A stretch of DNA of 62,900 nt, filler included, from Catajapyx aquilonaris (Eukaryota), in NCBI GenBank assembly GCA_000934665.2. It is 2 parts of 2 records of this genome, joined end to end, with 100 filler letters (N's around TTAATTAATTAA, not from the genome) between each part and the next. Parts side by side here need not be neighbours in the genome. Positions count along the whole stretch, not along the records: positions 1 to 31,381 come from JYFJ02004538.1; 1 more part is not named here. One strand, given 5' to 3'. Under the pieces are notes generated by a model, which had not been told where the DNA came from, searched no databases, and worked only from the letters and a program-made list of their open reading frames with translations. Numbering within the stretch: position 1 is the first letter of the stretch; every line of letters begins with the position of its first letter. Shown piece by piece: positions 12,518 through 25,424 of this stretch. A program made the position numbers and the translations under genes.

Positions 12518-14542
12518 AAAAAATGCTCCAAGTACGTATCTTACGTCACTAAAAAGTATGGTCTCAACGCTGCTGTGGTATTCGACGGATACCTCCAAAT
12601 TTCAACCAAAAGTTCTGCACATGCTCGTCGACCAAAGAAAGGGACTTCCATCGGCGTTCATGTCGAAGAAAACGCCAAAGCTGTCAAATCTCAAGACACA
12701 TTTTTGACTAACCCGCGCAATAAGACAAGCTTGATAAGTCTTCTGTCCCGTCACCTAGCTGATTCCGGCATTGAAGTAGTCCAAGTTCCAGCAGACGCAG
12801 ACAGGCTCATAGTGACTATACAGGACTGGATCATGAATGCTAAATCTGGTGAAGATACCTGGATCGTTGGTCAAGACACGGACCTGTTAGTTCTACTTAT
12901 AGCAAAGCCTCAAGCATCCCGCGCCGCCAGAAGTTCTGAAGCTAATATCATTAGGCTACCTTGTTCCACAGGGTGTGAATCAGCAAACTGCAGATGTAAA
13001 AGGCTACTACTGCAATTGACAAATATGTGTGGAAATATATTGTGTAGGCCATGGGTGCAGTAACAGCAACAACGTTACTGATGAGGATGATGACGACCTC
13101 GATGGTGAATGACAAGAAGTGAACTTTCTTGGTGTAGATGAACTGGAATCAGATGCATACCTGAATCCACTAGCAGCTCGTCGACACCGTCTCAATTAAG
13201 CGAATTTTAAAAAATCGGTAGCTTCCCTTATAGTCCAAGATTGAAGACAGTAAATTTTCCATGATAAATTTTAGGAATAAACAGTGTTAGTAAAATGTTC
13301 TCAGCTGTCAATTTTTTACATTCACCTCAGACCTCTGAAAATAGAATGATTCATTATCGGCTAAACAGAACCAGACGACAATAAATTGAAGAAGAAAAAA
13401 TCCCGTGCTTATACAACAATGTGTGCCATTTGGGTGGAGTTCAAGGAGCTTTACAGCAGGTAATCTGCAGGATATCCGGGCACCCAAACCATCGCCACTG
13501 ACTCTAAACGAAGGAATATATAATCAAACCAATCACTATGAAGAATACAAAAATTCGGTCTAATTAAGACAACCCGTCCCCTTCCTGAATGCGTTCCAGA
13601 AAAATTCAAGGTAATGAATAGGTTTTGCAGGTTAACATAATATCAAAATCATTGGCACTGTTTTTCTAAATGACAACACACGTCAAAACAAGTATAATTT
13701 GTAAAAAGAAATGAGTGTCAAACTCCATGCGTTCGCTTGCTTTCTATGCAGGTTCAAGGAAAACTGCAGGTATGTTACAGTTTTTGTCCTGCAGGGTAAT
13801 CCAATGCAGGATCATTTGGGAACTTCCAGATATTGTTCAGGGGGGCCAATCGAACATATACCCGAAGTTTCGTTTAGTAACTTGTCCATAGGTAAAAGGT
13901 CACTGTTATTCAGTTGACGAAACTAGGCTTATCATGTTATTATTTCTGTATATAGAATACCCAAAATCAACTAGGGTAATTACAACTTAGAACTTCGCAA
14001 GAAACTTAGGTCCGAGAGGAAATGCTATCCTTTAGGAACACTCTTTACACCGGATATGCGATTTCAGCAAGTTTCGATAAACATTATTTTAGCGCATACT
14101 CATCAGAATAATCCACATTATGCTCTTGAAAAAGACATTCTATAGACTCAGAAACTTTCAGAATGAGTTGTACAGTACCTACTGCTAAAACTAAGATAAA
14201 AGCAGGCATAAAGTTGAATGTCCCACATGATTAACTTATTCACTGAAACCTATGCAAGTCGAAAATTTCTACAAAAAAAAACAAGCACATGGTTGAAATA
14301 GCTTAAAAGTTACTAAGTTATACCTAAACTTCGCGGCTTGACCAGTCGCTTGTCAGATCTGAGAAAAGAAAATTGCAGGCTACAAAAAAAAGTCTGATCG
14401 TCATTGTTCCTGAAGGTCGCTGCAGCAGATAACAAAAATACTGTACATAGATGAGCTCAGTGGAACACGCTTTTCAATAAGGAACTATACTGCAATGATC
14501 CCGAACCAACTTTTACCTCATTATTTATGGATATGGTATTAC

Positions 14543-15064
14543 CCGGTATTACCTCTCATATTGCGGCACCCCTGTATAAAAAAATAAAACGAGGTCGACC
14601 AGCATGCCGGTATAACCAGGGGGTGGCCGGCATGCTGCAATAACCGAGGTAGATTTCCGTAATTTTGATCCTTGCCAAATTTTTTGGAATGCATCTGGTA
14701 CCATATTAAAATAATGCTACAATGAAAATGGGCGAGTGTACAAGCTGTGAGAATATGCAACTTCTGTTGCACAGTATAAAAAATGTAGATTGTGTGACCA
14801 ATCCCATCGTCAGCCTCCTTGCAGGGGAACCCCCCTGCTCCAACATACTGTTTAAATAGAGATTATTTCCAGAAAATGTGCCTTTTTGATAGTCTTTACG
14901 TGAATTTTGCTTTTCAGGCAAATGTCAAGTTCGGAAAGGATAATGTAACTTATGTGAAAACCTCGCCCTATACCGGCATGCCGGTATAGCCACCAGATCA
15001 AGCATTTTAAAAAACTGGTCGACCTCGCCTACACCGGCATGCCGCAATATGAGATGTAATACGG
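14543..15064. mobile_element. pogo/Tc2-type MITE (CCGTATT termini)
   Basis: TIR ccggtattacctctcatattgcggca / tgccgcaatatgagatgtaatacgg, TA at the right flank, and subterminal gcatgccggtata repeats. Confidence 0.75.
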
Positions 15065-16156
15065 TATGCAGATGCTATTTTCACAACCACCACGCCTTCT
15101 GGAGGTGTAACAACGACTTGATGCTGGGCCTTTCCGTTTTTAACATACTGGACTTCAATTATTATTGGTAGTCACCGGGAGAAAGAGAATGTGGACCGAT
15201 TCCAGGGCTGGCCGACAGGTATATGGAGGGATGGGGGCACCGAATGTTATACTGCACAGGTGCATGACAGAGGACAATCCCTAATGTATACACAACCAGG
15301 TTCCACAAAATAAACTAAGAGTCAATAATTATAGTAACTACGTAATTATAAGTGAAACTATACTTTTATCACAAAAACGTGTTCACGTACAACATAGTGA
15401 AATTACACAAGATGTGGATCAAGACAGGGGCACAGTGGTCCACTTTTTAACATTATCCGACATATTTCACGGACGCTCCTGGTAAATCTACACATGTCTG
15501 TATGTTCTCAATAAAACCACCATGTAATATGACTGTTCTATCAAATGATGAATTTACCAACCTGCAGTATATGCAGTAGCTGATGTACTAAAGCTCAAAA
15601 AGTCATGCCCCTGCACAGGGCATATACCAGTGTGCCTCAAGGCAGAGGTATAAGCCAATATAGTAATACAGTGGTCCACACGAGGTCAACAGATATTAAT
15701 TCTCGATTAACCTCCTAGTTATTAATGTTACAGCCTGTATACAGTATCATTGACATAATGTACAGCTCCATGCTTTTGTCTTTCTCATTGGTTAATTTTG
15801 TGACCTTTTGCAACTACATGTAGCCTATCATTAAGATATTGATGCACTGTGATATTCATACTGTACTCATCTTCAGTGGACAATACCTCCCTGTACATGT
15901 CATATTCTTGTATAACTCAATGTCTGTGCTTGTAGGTCTATCACTTACACGACACTGTTTAGGGTTGGTAGGTCAGACAAATAATTATTATAATTTAGCA
16001 CTTTTCCTATATGATCCACTAGCATGTGCACCAATTTCCATTTTCAATTATAAAATTGGCCTTGGGAATGACGCTTTCCACATTTTACAGTTTAATAGCT
16101 TTATTCCATATGTGTATTCTCTCATATTATATACACATAAATTATAACTTTTCGTA

Positions 16157-16494
16157 GGGAGACGGAGTGGCGCCGCGGTAACGCGTGCGCCCACGGAAGT
16201 TAAGGTCCCGGGTTCAATCCCCACCCGGGGTTCCCACCTTCTTTCGTGCAGAGTGAGACCGTCTCTGGCTTCGTTTAGGGTGGCGATCCTTTCACATATG
16301 CCACCCGGGGGAGTTCACAAAACGGCACATCAACGACATTGCACACGCACTTTGCACATCCCCTCCTACTTACCCTTGGAACACACTAAATACTATCTTA
16401 GTATACCGGTTCCACCCAAATGGTGGTATTCCACCTCCCTAATGGAAATGTAACTCCCAATGGGGTAATGCAAATATATATATATATATATATA
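16157..16494 (+). mobile_element. tRNA(Arg-like)-derived SINE, family 2, copy a
   Basis: A box TGGCGCCGCGG, anticodon-like CCACGGA, B box GGTTCAATCCC, (TA)n tail. TSD tataacttttc at 16143-16153 and 16495-16505. Confidence 0.9.
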
Positions 16495-19400
16495 TATAAC
16501 TTTTCTCAACGGGACCACCAAATTCGTCTCTCCAGGGTGTTGCATAAAGGCCCGAGAAAAAAACTGGGGTTATATTGCGGTTTTTTTCTCTCGGGGTAAC
16601 GGGAAAATTATTTTTGCTGTTTTGGAAAACCAGCATTTTTATACTATTGATGACTACATCACTACAAATTTTTTATTTTTAACTAGTTAGTTAGGTTTAG
16701 CAATGACAAATATCAAATGACAAAAAGAAACTCGTCTTCGTTTACATTCACAGCAGTATTTCATTTGAAAGAGTAATTTTTGGGAAAATCAGCATAATAT
16801 ACCGATTTCGACATGTAACACAAAAATTACGCACTTTATATACTCTGGAGCGGATCTAATAACAAAGTATTAACTATTATTTTGAATCGCTTTTATTCCA
16901 GTTCTCAAAAATTGATTGTAAAATTGGCATGTCTCGTATTTGGTCTCTGTTCCAATATTACTAAAGGAATCCCTGCAGAAATCTGCTGTTGCAATGATTT
17001 GATCCTTGAAAATATCCGTTCGGGATTTCCCAAAAAAAACAGGCACAACCGGCTGCGACATGATGCTCATTTTCTAGATACTGTATTTGGTTATTAATAC
17101 GATCAGAAGTTATGTAAACAGGCGATATCAAATTGATAATGAGCATAAAAATTCAGAGTTTCTGAAAAGGTTCGACAGTTTACAGGTCAAAGAATTCTTT
17201 CCAAGAAGCGGGGTTTTCCTTAAATAAGCCTCCCTTTTCTGAGATCAAAAAGTACCGACGTTAATACTGTACTGTACAGCTATACTCCAGACTCAAATTA
17301 CTTATTAAAACGAAATGATAGCACAATGAGACAATTTTCTGCCACACATTGAGTATGGGAAAGCAAAAACTAGTTGGACGGTGTTATGCAATAATGAGTC
17401 AACCCACATGAGAACAGTTTTGAGAAAAAGGGCTTTGAAGGTCATACCTGTGAAATTAATTCAGTGTACTTTTCAGTCATTTATGGAAGAAGTATGCAGA
17501 TTTCGCCTCCTTGATTTTAACTGAATGAAGTACTATCCTTTGGCTGTATGTTCCTGGGCTTAACTCAATTTTGACATTTTTGTGGGTTGACCCATTATTG
17601 CATAACACCTTCCAGTTAACCTTTACCTATACAGTAGTTTTTAGTGATAGGCTTACTTTGGCAAAAGGAATGTTCAGTCTTTACCTTGGTAGTCCATGCA
17701 TAGAGAACGTTCTCCATTCCCTCGTAGAACTAGACCCTCCCAAAGGAAGAGGGGCCCTTGATGATTGGAAAAAGAGAAAGGGGGGAAACGGGGGAAGGGA
17801 TCCGTGTCTATGAACTATAGACTAGTGGCTCCATCAACCTGGTGGTTGGAAAAATCCAGTAGAGCCAAATTGGACAAATTTGATATTACCGAAGTTTATT
17901 CTTCCCCTAATGAGTCATGTACAGTACAGCGTATTTTGACTGAAATTTTTGTAGCACTTTTATTACGGCCAACTAGGACGGAAAATAATAGACCTATAAG
18001 AAAATGAGAAACAGTGAGTATTGTAAATCATCTTGTGTTTGGGATTTAATCTGGAGCGTACATATTGGCATGTATTTACACGTATGGAATATTCCAGCTA
18101 CACATCGTTATTCATAATTCATAATTGCGTAATATGCATCTTGAGTAATTATGTCTCTGCTTGCTTTCATTACTGTATCTTCGCAAAACTAGATAAATAA
18201 CAGTTTTCCGTACGTTTTCAGAGGTTTAAGAAACTAAATGAAGATTTAGATTTTATACGGTTATGTTCGTTCATGCGCAATATTTAATATAATCATTCCA
18301 TAACAAATGTTACTGAGAATTTCAAGCCTCTTCATGCTCACGTCAAATTCAATTTACACTTGGAATTTTCTAAGGCTGCCACTATATTACAGTTACATAG
18401 TAAAGCATCCGTATATTCAATATTGCATGCTCGTCTGGATAGCCATCATGTTTGTTAGGAAGATCTTCATTAGACAAAGTGGTGCCAAGTAAAGAAAAAT
18501 AATCGAAATTCTCTCAGTGTTTTTAAAAAGACGAAGGACCATAGCCTATACTACGCCAGTATCGCCTATATCCTAAAACGTTAATATTTATAACTAGAAC
18601 TGCTTGAATCCTATACTTCCAAAACATCATAAGAGCTATTTTTATGGCTATTATATCTCTTAATCGGTATTTTATTATGTATTATATTTTAAATGTCACC
18701 GCCCCTATTTGTATACAGTGCACTTTTACACAATAGTCTATATATGCATGTCAACTAGACTACTAGACACTATATAGAGACTAGAAGATTTCATTTTCAT
18801 GCTTCCTCCTCAATATGTGCTCAATATTAGTTATGGGTTTATCACACAAATTCTGATTTCGTCGTAGTTAACTTGCAGTAGGAGAACTGAACCAATTTAT
18901 TGGGCAGTACTTCCACATATGCAATCATGGTACATGCATTAGAAGGGCTAATGAATTTTCTTTGTGCAGTACGTCTATACAATCCACATAATAGGACTAT
19001 ATTGCAAATACCGATCTGTGGACAAAATCAGTAAAAAAGGTGTGGTCCAGGGTAGCCAGTTCCATTATACGTTTGCATCGCAACTGTCGCAAGAAAAATA
19101 TTTTGGCAATCAGAGGACGAAATGCATAATTATCTTTTAGATATGGTCCACTCAAATGTGTGGTTTATTTTGGTAACAGGCAAGCCAGTGAAGCCACTAT
19201 AGCAAAACCAACCTGTTCTGTGATGTGGCACATGTAAAGGGTATAGTCCACACTATAATACTGTATAATTATCATTGTTAGACACAGTAAGTGTTTTGGT
19301 TCCACACGTAAGAAAAGAGCTAGGAAAATAGTGTCTGCGCAGAATTTAGAAAAAACTTTTTTTGAAGACAGGACTAACCTTAGCAATAAAAAACTAACTA

Positions 19401-22400
19401 AGGTGTTACTTTTTCCCCAAAATAGGGGGACATTCTAGCGAGGATTCGTGATTTCGCGCCTGCTTTACCTTTAACTTGACCCGCCAAATGCGGCATTTTA
19501 AGGACTTGTCGGCAGATGGTAACCTATCATATAGCCGGAAAATAGCGGAAACTACATTTCTGAGATCGGATCTGTAGGCTCTCTCTTACCAGCCTGAATT
19601 ATTTTTAAAAATTATTGCAAAACTTTTTTAAATGAAACTCAATTATTATTAACATTAATCATAATATATTTTAGACGGCGCCCTGGATCAGATTTAGGGC
19701 TAGTAATTGCACTTGTACTATACTTGTATACCTGTCAATGTGAAAAGTGGCTTCTGCAGGGTTACTTGGGAGAATCACGAATAGGGAGTAGCTGATAAAA
19801 GTAAATCCGGCAACAGGGAAAATTGATCAAATATTTCATATTTATTATTTAGTCATGGACACGCCCTATTCCTCTGCTGGGATTAGCATCTAAGGCGCCA
19901 TATACTGTTCCTACAGTAGAAACTTTTATGAAAGTGGGATACAATAATAATGAGTAAGAAGAAAGGGAAGACTGGTACGACATCGCTAACCTTTTTTTCG
20001 GTGCAGAAAATCTCATCTCAACTTTTTTGTGCCCATTAATACATCAAAATTATATCAAATTTTATTATGACAACTGATGATCTTGAAAAGAAGTATGCCA
20101 ACTTACAATCAAAAAATTAATATCAACAGGTATCCCAGAGTTTTCCGCGTGACATCACCATTGAGAACTCTTATATGAGTTTAATTGGGAGATATTTCCT
20201 GATGTTATTACAATACAGAAGCGAAGGCCATTAAAACTGTTGATTTTTGAACAGGTCCAGAGAATTTTGAGAAGAAAGATGAAGACTGGAAAACAATAAC
20301 CATTGTGGTCGCCTCTAGTAGTAAGGTCGGAAGCGTACTTCTGTCGGCAATAACTGTTGTTTCCTCGCCGAACCTGTATAGTATACGTATATACTTTTAT
20401 AGAATGCCGAATTTGTGAACCTGCCGCCATTTTTCGACCCGCTCTCGCTTCGAAGAACTTGTGACACTGCCTTCATTCAGTATAGGCTACGAATTCCGCT
20501 ATACGCAGGGGTTTTCTTGATGCAGGGCCTAAAAATGAAGTCCTATATAACCAGATAAAATAGGCCTACCTTTTCAAGGAAAATTCCGAAGTAGACAAGT
20601 TAGCAAACAAGTTAGCGCTCTATGCAGAGTCCGATCTACAGGTTCCGATCTGCGATAGGCAGTTTTTATGTAGGCCTACAGCGTGTTTCTATATATCCAA
20701 GTTGACGGTCCCAGCAGCAATGATGAGAAAGATTTGATGGATTAATCACCCCTGGTTCATGTAAACGATGACAATATAAGTTAAGTAAAAGGGTAAATAA
20801 CCCAAACTTTCTGTCGAGTCTGTATTATTTTTAGTTCGAATTCGAACCCGGGGTGTACATATCAGATCCAGCTACAATCCAACGAAGGTCAGTAATGCAA
20901 ACCTGCCTTTCAGAACCTACATTTGTGACTTCCGCATGCAGGTAGCACTTATTCGAACCAGTTGGATTAAGCTTAGTTTAGAAAAGTACATAAATTTTGT
21001 TCTAGAAACAGGTTAACGCATTTTTTCCAACTTCCAATAATTGCAAGAGAGACCATGAAACAATGCATTTTGCGGCTCATTTCCACCTATTCACAATATT
21101 AAATTGGCTATTTGTAAAGCTAGTACCTGTGTGTCTGCAAATCAGCACTCCTGACTTTGAAAGCTGGACACGTTGCAGGTTCTCTTGGCCTCAATATGTG
21201 TTAGCCCCTAATTCTGGAGCAATAGACAAGTAATATAAGTAGTAAAGAGCAAATAGTAACCGGTACTGCCCTACGCTAACCGAAACCAGATTTCCCCTCC
21301 CCAGCATGCAAGCCCCTCTAGTCAGACTATAGTAGGCTATAGAACCTCGGTGGGGAGGGCATCTCCTCTTTCACACATCATCCACTGATTCAATATCCCC
21401 TCCACACACCTGGGATCTCTAAGGGAAGGCTATAAAGCATCGCCTATAGTCCTGAGGGGAGGGGACGCGTCTATAAACCCAAGCCCCAGAGTGGCCAGAT
21501 GCGAGAGACGCTATCCCACGGACCTAGAGCAAAGCCGTGCGTGTGAATAGACGGGACGTAAAAATATGGTCCGGAAAGCCGGGCCTAGATGAAACCAGGC
21601 GCAAGCTTGCCTCATTGTAAAAAGGCCCAGCCTTTGCTCTCTGTCTCTCACATGGTGGAAAGCGCCCTTTCAGCCTCAGGGGCCTCTCATTTCCGTTTTA
21701 CCTGCTTGAAACCGGTTCTAGCGTGAGCTGTCAGTGCAGAATATGTACAGAGACTAGCTAGCATATATCATACTTCTCACTATATGTAACGATGGAACCT
21801 ATGCTGTGAAACTAGTTCCCAGCATATCTGTTTCTGAACCAGCAGCGAGCTTTCTGTTCCTCCGCCATTAGGACTATCTTCTCGTGTGAGTTGTAATTTT
21901 TTACGAGTGTCTTTTTGACCTATCACTTGTGAACGTCAAGTACTTCATGATAGTTGGGCTGTATGTCAACCTTTTATTGCTGCTTGGTTTAATGCTCTAA
22001 AGTGGGTGTGGTAGTCTAGTTGCAATCTGAGATGATTACAACAGTCCCCAGCAGATTGTGAAGCTAATATAAGTTTGTAATATGAAATTGGAATTTATTT
22101 TCATGTTTACATTATGGTTGCATACATGCATGATAATAGATTCTGCTACCCCTCGGGAATCTCACGCCCTCATGACTCTTGTTTAACAATCAAAGGAAAC
22201 ACCCACTATGACACTGTTTGAAATATACTCTATATTTTAAAAACTTGATAAGACACATGCAGCATAATATATTATGCAGTAGGTAACAAGTTGAAACTTA
22301 TACTAAGGCTGCATAATTTTTATAGCACTACACAGGCTTCTATAGTATCGCCATCAGTACTGTGTAAAATAATTAGCCCGATTCTGTAAGTGTCAAGAAT

Positions 22401-23573
22401 TTTTTTGCCGACTAATAAAGGTAAAAAAATTACCTGATGACCATGATCCAATATAACTTTGAAGTCCATGTAGAAGAATCTGCATTAGAGACCTAATGTA
22501 ACTTTTGTACATTACGTGTTATATTTGATGAAAGTTCACACAAAAATGTAATATTGCACTTTAGTGTTTCATAAGTTATTTCACATCCGTCTTGGTGAAA
22601 ATATCGAGGACAATAATATATACTGGCCTCTCGCCTCTGTGATCTCACCTTCAGGTTTTGAGTAGAACGGTACATACGCTTACTTTCGTTAGAAATCCAT
22701 TCGACTGAGAGGGCTTTCCAAATATAATGTGGTTGTACTTCTGTGACACGTAACAGTTTTAAAATTGAAGACTTCAAAAATGCCAATGTAATATCAGCGG
22801 GGTATCTTGAGCGTAATGGAGTATGTTTCTTAATATCTCTCTTCTCTGAAAACGTTTCTACAAGACCGAAATTTTTATCAAGAATGTCACTGTGTGCCCC
22901 TATTCTTAACAGTCATTTATTAATTTTTGACTTATGATCCAATTACTCTATGCATGAATCAAAAGAGTTAATATTTCTCCTGCGGTTTCATCAAGTGCAT
23001 ATCAAAATGCATGTAGCTCAGCGTCGTGTGTCTAGAGCAACAAGAATTTATAAACGCATGCAAATATTTTTCCCGTGGATATCTTGCCAGACTTTTTGCT
23101 TGAATGCAATTATTTCTTGGGAACAAAAAACAGTCTAATTCATGCATCTACAAACCCTTTTTGTCAAGTGAGCAAACGACACGGGTCACTTTGCTTTGCT
23201 TTGTGGTCCAGGTTTCCTTTTTGTACTAGCACTATTCCGTACATGCACATGCTTAATTTCCCGTAAAACGAAATTATGGGATCTCATTTAGTGCATCACT
23301 GGAAGTCTGCTGATTATTATCCAAGTGGGTCATATATGCAAGAATTATACACCATTAGCTCTCATCGTTGGCTATCTGCAATCGTTGGTATTGTATACTT
23401 TATTGATAACAGTGCAAATCTTAGCTTTGCACTTCAATGTCTAAGAGGCAATAATTGTGCCAGGTCGTATACAGTAAAGATTTTATATGCATGCAATGTC
23501 GATTTGACGGATTTGAAGCTTTGCGCTCGATTGCGACAAACTGTACAGGTAAGAATGTGAAATTCTTGATGTA

Positions 23574-23784
23574 CACCCGCGAGCATAAACATGGAGACGG
23601 CAGGCCCTCACCTTCGGCAGGCTGCAATGCCAATTGAAGCTATTACGGTATCAAATATACTGTCATAAATACACGAACACACGCCTGAAGCAGCAAACTC
23701 GGTCCAAAAAGAGTTCATTAATTTGAGTCGGATAAAGAAAGGTCAAAAAAGGGCCTGCCGTCTCCATCTTTATGCTCGCGGGGG
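23574..23784. mobile_element. 211-bp Tc1/mariner-type MITE
   Basis: ~35-bp TIR cacccgcgagcataaacatggagacggcaggccct with 2 mismatches; TA on both sides. Confidence 0.85.
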
Positions 23785-24411
23785 TACATCCGACCTGGTA
23801 GTACTGTACGGTACAACCGGCCCATATCCGATCATGCTTGCTGAACATCATTTACGACCAAGCAAAATAATTACACATCGTATGTGCATAAAATAAGACA
23901 AAATTACATCCGAAACTGTAAAGAAACAGCTTTTTAGTAACTCTCATTAGTGTAGATGTTTCCAGTGCAACACATAATACATCAAACATTACAAACTATT
24001 TTTATTTCCACATTTCTCCACCTGAAAGTAATCTACATAATAAATACAGTATCCCGCAGTGGTGCTAACTGAATTTGACAATTTCAGAAGATGGATTGGT
24101 TTAGAACCTCACTTCCTCAAAAAACCTGAGTCTGCAACATGCAACGGGGCGCTGAAGGAACAGCATTTATTATGGGCCTTGATGGTCCTTCCCTAACCCA
24201 CCTGCGCCAAATTGGGTTGGGCACAGGTGAACACACCACGCAGGTGTGCCTCAGAAGAAAGGAACCCTGTCGGGGCAGATTTATACCGGACACCCCCACC
24301 AAAAAAAGAAGAGAGGGTTGGGGGGCGACTCTCCAGTCATTTACCTGTGAATGACATGTATGCAAATTCGGATGGCATGTGAAACAGAAAGCGAACGGCA
24401 TTTGTCATAAG

Positions 24412-24903
24412 TAGAGTCTGGATTTTTAGGCAAATGTCTATTTAGTTCCTTTACAGGTGTGATGGTTTTGTGAGTCGATATATCCGCGTGTTTCATAAGT
24501 ACAGGATGTGGAAAATGTAGGTTTTATAGTCCCTAAAATGGCATATTTTGTGCTTTTGGGAACTATTTTGGCTATTCTGGCTTTTTGTGACTTTTCGTGC
24601 CTATATGGCCTTTTTTGGGATAGTGTTTGAACTTTTTGAAGCAATTTCGGGACTTTTCGGCCTATTTCGGACCTATTCCTTTAGAGCCACGTTTGGTTTT
24701 TTGTGGACTATTTATTTGTGCTCCTGAAAGGACTAAAATCGTTCAGAAGTTCGCTAGAAGTAATAAATTTGTCTAGCTTTTTATTTTCTGTAACATTATC
24801 CTCCATACACACGCAAACACGCAAAAGTAAAATTTTTGTGCCTATTTTGAGGTTTTTCAAGTCTATTTCAGGGTTTTTTTCGTGCCTAAAAATCCGGACT
24901 CTA
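24412..24903. mobile_element. 492-bp hAT-type MITE (TAGAG termini)
   Basis: TIR tagagtc(t/c)ggatttttaggca. The 8-mer gtcataag lies at 24404-24411 and again at 24906-24913 (2 extra nt). Internal cctattt/gacttt repeats. Confidence 0.8.
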
Positions 24904-25392
24904 TAGTCATAAGCGGTCTAAGACCATTAGAACGATTTTCAAATAGCAATTCCATTCATGATCTAGCAATTCCTTTTTCACACCTGCACTGAGCCTAGCC
25001 GGCAGACCATGCAAAATTGCCAGGTGAAGTGACCTGAGAATTTGCATTTCCGCCCACGTTCCTGGCTGGTCTGCTATTAGTTGTTTTTTACCTCTTAGTT
25101 CTCCTGGACGCGTGTGTCGGATTGGTGGTTAAGGCACACAGTTTGCCACTCCATATCAATATGGGAAAGAAGGAAAAAGGAGACGCCCTTAGGGAGTTGG
25201 TTGCAATAATTAGTCATGGTGTCGACTTCATAACGTCTTCACCTCCAGCTATAATGTGCAGGACGGCCTTTCTCAGCCCTGCAGCTAAATGCCAACAGCT
25301 TTATAAAGCCGTTGCTCAGGACCGCCTACGATTTATTTGCTCTAATATCCAGCAACATGGCTTCAGTCATCCTTCAAAATAGTCTCAAAACA

Positions 25393-25424
25393 CAAACAAA
25401 CAAACAAACAAACAAACAAACAAA
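25393..25424. repeat. (CAAA)n microsatellite
   Basis: Direct observation. Confidence 0.95.

Larger units (their letters stand above)
10410..13925 (+). mobile_element. Decayed Academ (AcademX-type) DNA transposon, interrupted by nested insertions; left end not resolved
   Basis: Broken reading frames: 10570-10960 (SPEQHVELRES..WLCLHHPF..SIATG..VNCDNA..RKDNVVSL) and 12575-13063 (VFDGY..STK..FLTNPRNK..DAD..GQDTDLLVLL, an XPG/PIN-type nuclease, then the Cys-rich CSTGC..CRCKR..CG). Imperfect inverted similarity between ~10440-10511 and ~13456-13530. Candidate right end ..ttgacgaaaCTA at 13925. The family assignment rests on recalled Academ domain architecture, not a search. Confidence 0.7.

Noticed and set aside
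16533..17060. Possible hAT remnant (CAGGGTG start; SSISFERVIF-like peptide)
   Set aside because: No clear right TIR or TSD; similarity too weak.
20155..20434. AAAATGGCGGC start-like/YY1-like motif and 91-aa minus-strand ORF
   Set aside because: No downstream exons or homology support.
22493..22912. 139-codon stop-free minus-strand stretch
   Set aside because: No recognisable domain, no in-frame ATG near its start and no clear splice partners; it could be a decayed element, but that needs a BLAST search.
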